Part shown: piece after piece, positions 61,433 through 64,000 of the stretch
How the letters are laid out: every line of letters starts with the position of its first letter
Position numbering within the stretch: position 1 is the stretch's first letter
DNA from: the human T2T-CHM13v2.0 reference genome, Homo sapiens
Assembly (NCBI RefSeq): GCF_009914755.1
Contig: NC_060934.1
Length of the DNA stretch: 64,000 bases
Strand: one strand, 5' to 3'
The notes under the pieces: model-generated
What the model was told of the DNA's origin: nothing
The model's input: only the letters and a program-made list of their open reading frames with translations
Database searches by the model: none
Made by a program: the position numbers and the translations under genes

Positions 61433-62601
61433 CTAAAAAAGAAAAAGAAAATCAAACTAACACTTTGGTTTCCTCAGCAATGTTTGCTTAGGAAGTGGCC
61501 TGAATTTTACACTTTTTAAAAGTCTTTTTTAGTGACACTAGGTTTGTTTTGTTTGGTTCAGTGATAGGGTCTCACTCTGTTGCCCAGGCTAGAGTGCAGT
61601 GGCATGATCTAGGCTCACTGCAACCTCCGCCTCGCAGGCTCAAGTGATTCTCCCACCTCAACCCCAACAGGTGCATGCCACCACTCCTGGCTAATTTTTT
61701 TGAAATTTAGTAGAGATGAGGGAGGCAGGTATTAACATGTTGCCCAGGCTGGTCTCGAACTCCTGAACTCAAGCAATCCACCTGTCTAGGCCTCCCAAAG
61801 TGCTGAGGTTACAGGTGTGAGGCACTGCTCCCTGCCAACACTAGGTTTTTGATGCCTTATATTGAGACTAATGTTGAGTTGTAGAGGTTTTATATTAATA
61901 TTAACCACTAAGCATGGGCTGGACTAATCTGTTTTGCAAGCAATGAAGCAAGGGCTTTTTTGTGTATGTATAAAACTTCAGTGGAGATTACAGAAAATCC
62001 CTAAATGGAAAACTGTGTAGATTGTTTATGTTGTTTAAGACCTTAAAAAAATAACTAGAATGATAGAGAATGAGTCTTGGTCACATTTTATTTCTTAACT
62101 GCAAGTTGACTTATTTGGGGTATTTGAATTTTTAAACCTGAAAGCAAGAAAATTACTTCTAGTTAGTTACAAACAAAATAGCCCAAGATACTGCTATATT
62201 CTGGAATGTTCTGCAGAAAGTGTGGTTTAGGATTTATGACAATGATGAAGAGAATAGCAAGATAGAATGGCTGACCTCTTCCTGCTTCACCTTGTACAGT
62301 AGGGAGTCCTTGCAGAAAAAAATAACCTCGCAGCTTTGAAAAAGATCTGGGATCTAAAGTGAGACGGAGTGCAGTGTCTCACACCTGTAATCCCAGCACT
62401 TTGGGAGACTGAGGGAGGCAGACTGCTTGAGGTCAGGAGTTTGAGACCAGCCTGGCCAACATGGTGAAACCCTGTCTCTACTAAAAATACAAAAATTAGC
62501 CGGGTGTGGCCGGGTGCGGTGGCTCACGCCTGTAATCCCAGCACTTTGGGAGGCCGAGGCAGGTGCATCACAAGGTCAGGAGATCGAGACCTTCCTGGCT
62601 A

Positions 62602-62889
<288 letters not shown>

Positions 62890-63116
62890 TCAGAGGTTGC
62901 AGTGAGTCAAGATCGCACCACTGCACTCCAGCCTGGGCAATAGAATGAGACTCCGTCTCAATAAATAAATAAATAATAAAGTGAAGGACAGAATGAAGCC
63001 ATGAAAATCAGGAGTCATGAGGGCATTTTTCTCAAAATATGGTGGTCCATGTATCCTCAGAGTCAGAATCTTCTGAGATGTTTACTATAAATACATATCC
63101 CTGGGTCTCATTCTAG

Positions 63117-63221
63117 AACTGCCGGGTGAAAATCTTTGGAAGAGAAGTTTGAGAACCTGTTAAACAAGCTCTCTAGGTAATTCTGTGCACGTTCAGTCTG
63201 AGAACTGCTGCATCTGAAGAG
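63117..63221 (+). other. Candidate 105-nt non-coding exon within a MER5-like DNA transposon (~63040-63210)
   Basis: CTCATTCTAG| acceptor and GAG|GTAAGC donor. Confidence 0.4.
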
Positions 63222-63554
63222 GTAAGCCCAGACTGCTGTCAAGGTCAATTCTGCCTAATAGAGCCTCTTCCTGACATTCTGCCATTTCCATGACCATTTG
63301 GTGAGAAGTACTGCACTTAGCTTTTTCACACTTCTCAAAGTAACAGGTTTATGTGTATTCGTAAGGTTCCTTTTCAGTAAATGAAAATACATCTGGGAAG
63401 ATTCAGGGCTTCGCATTCATGTTCACATCTAACACCTGATTGAGACAATTGCTGTGATCTTGGGGGGATGTTCAACTTCAGGCAATGTTTTCTCAAAATC
63501 AAGTATTGATTGATGGATGGATTTTTAAGGTGAATGTCATCTCAAGATTTTATT

Positions 63555-63631
63555 AAAATATGGAACTCTTCATGAATTTGCATGTCATCCTTGCCCAGGG
63601 GCCATGCTAATCTTCTCGTATCATTCCCATT
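63555..63631 (-). pseudogene. U6 snRNA retropseudogene, 5'-truncated (U6 nt ~29-106)
   Basis: + strand AAAATATGGAACTCTTCATGAATTTGCATGTCATCCTTGCCCAGGGGCCATGCTAATCTTCTCGTATC is the reverse complement of the U6 3' portion, with CpG decay. Confidence 0.93.
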
Positions 63632-64000
63632 CAAATTCGAATATTTAACTGGATGCTTATAAGGAAAAATAAATGTCCACCTTAGAGTTGTGACTTAAGA
63701 CTATTTTTTGGCCAGGTGCAGTAGCTCACACCTGAAATCTCAGCACGTTGGGAGGTGGAGGCAGGAGGGTTGCTTTAGCTGGGGAGTTTGAGACCAGCCC
63801 AGGCAATATAGTGAAACCACATCTCGACAAAAATAAATAAAGGCTATTTTAAATATAATGTTACATACATATGAGCAAATATAATATTAAATTCCTTAGT
63901 GTTATTGGTGTCTGAATCCAATACAAAATGTACAAATGAAATACAAACAAAACTATAAAACTAATAAAAATTAAAATTGGCAGCACAGATGAGACAGATG

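Overview
Primate (almost certainly human) genomic DNA, heavily Alu-laden. Positions 1-~25.55 kb are the 3' half of CREM (cAMP-responsive element modulator) on the + strand: the 189-nt Q2 exon G (784-972), the ICER promoter P2 with four CARE elements and its first exon (ATG 7785), a second CRE-containing intronic promoter and alternative first exon (~8370-8694), the 36-nt cassette exon gamma (14047-14082), exon H (19491-19647), the two alternative bZIP exons Ia (23850-23994) and Ib (24252-24399), and a 3'UTR with three AATAAA signals. The remaining ~38 kb is mostly transposon-derived: Alus, MIR, L1, MaLR LTRs, an ERV-L remnant with integrase and dUTPase traces plus an LTR16-like LTR, and an ERV1 remnant with a tRNA-Ser primer-binding site. 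It also holds two truncated U6 copies, a 33-bp CpG-rich minisatellite, an AT-rich quasi-palindrome, and three candidate non-coding exons that may be upstream 5'UTR exons of the neighbouring gene (CCNY, from recall). I find no wholly new biological system. The best observation is that exon gamma is an exonised antisense MIR: a ~19-nt deletion removed an in-frame stop and made the exon frame-preserving, and a ~30-nt micro-inversion lies just upstream of its acceptor. Repeat subfamily names come from recalled consensus sequences and repeat boundaries are approximate.
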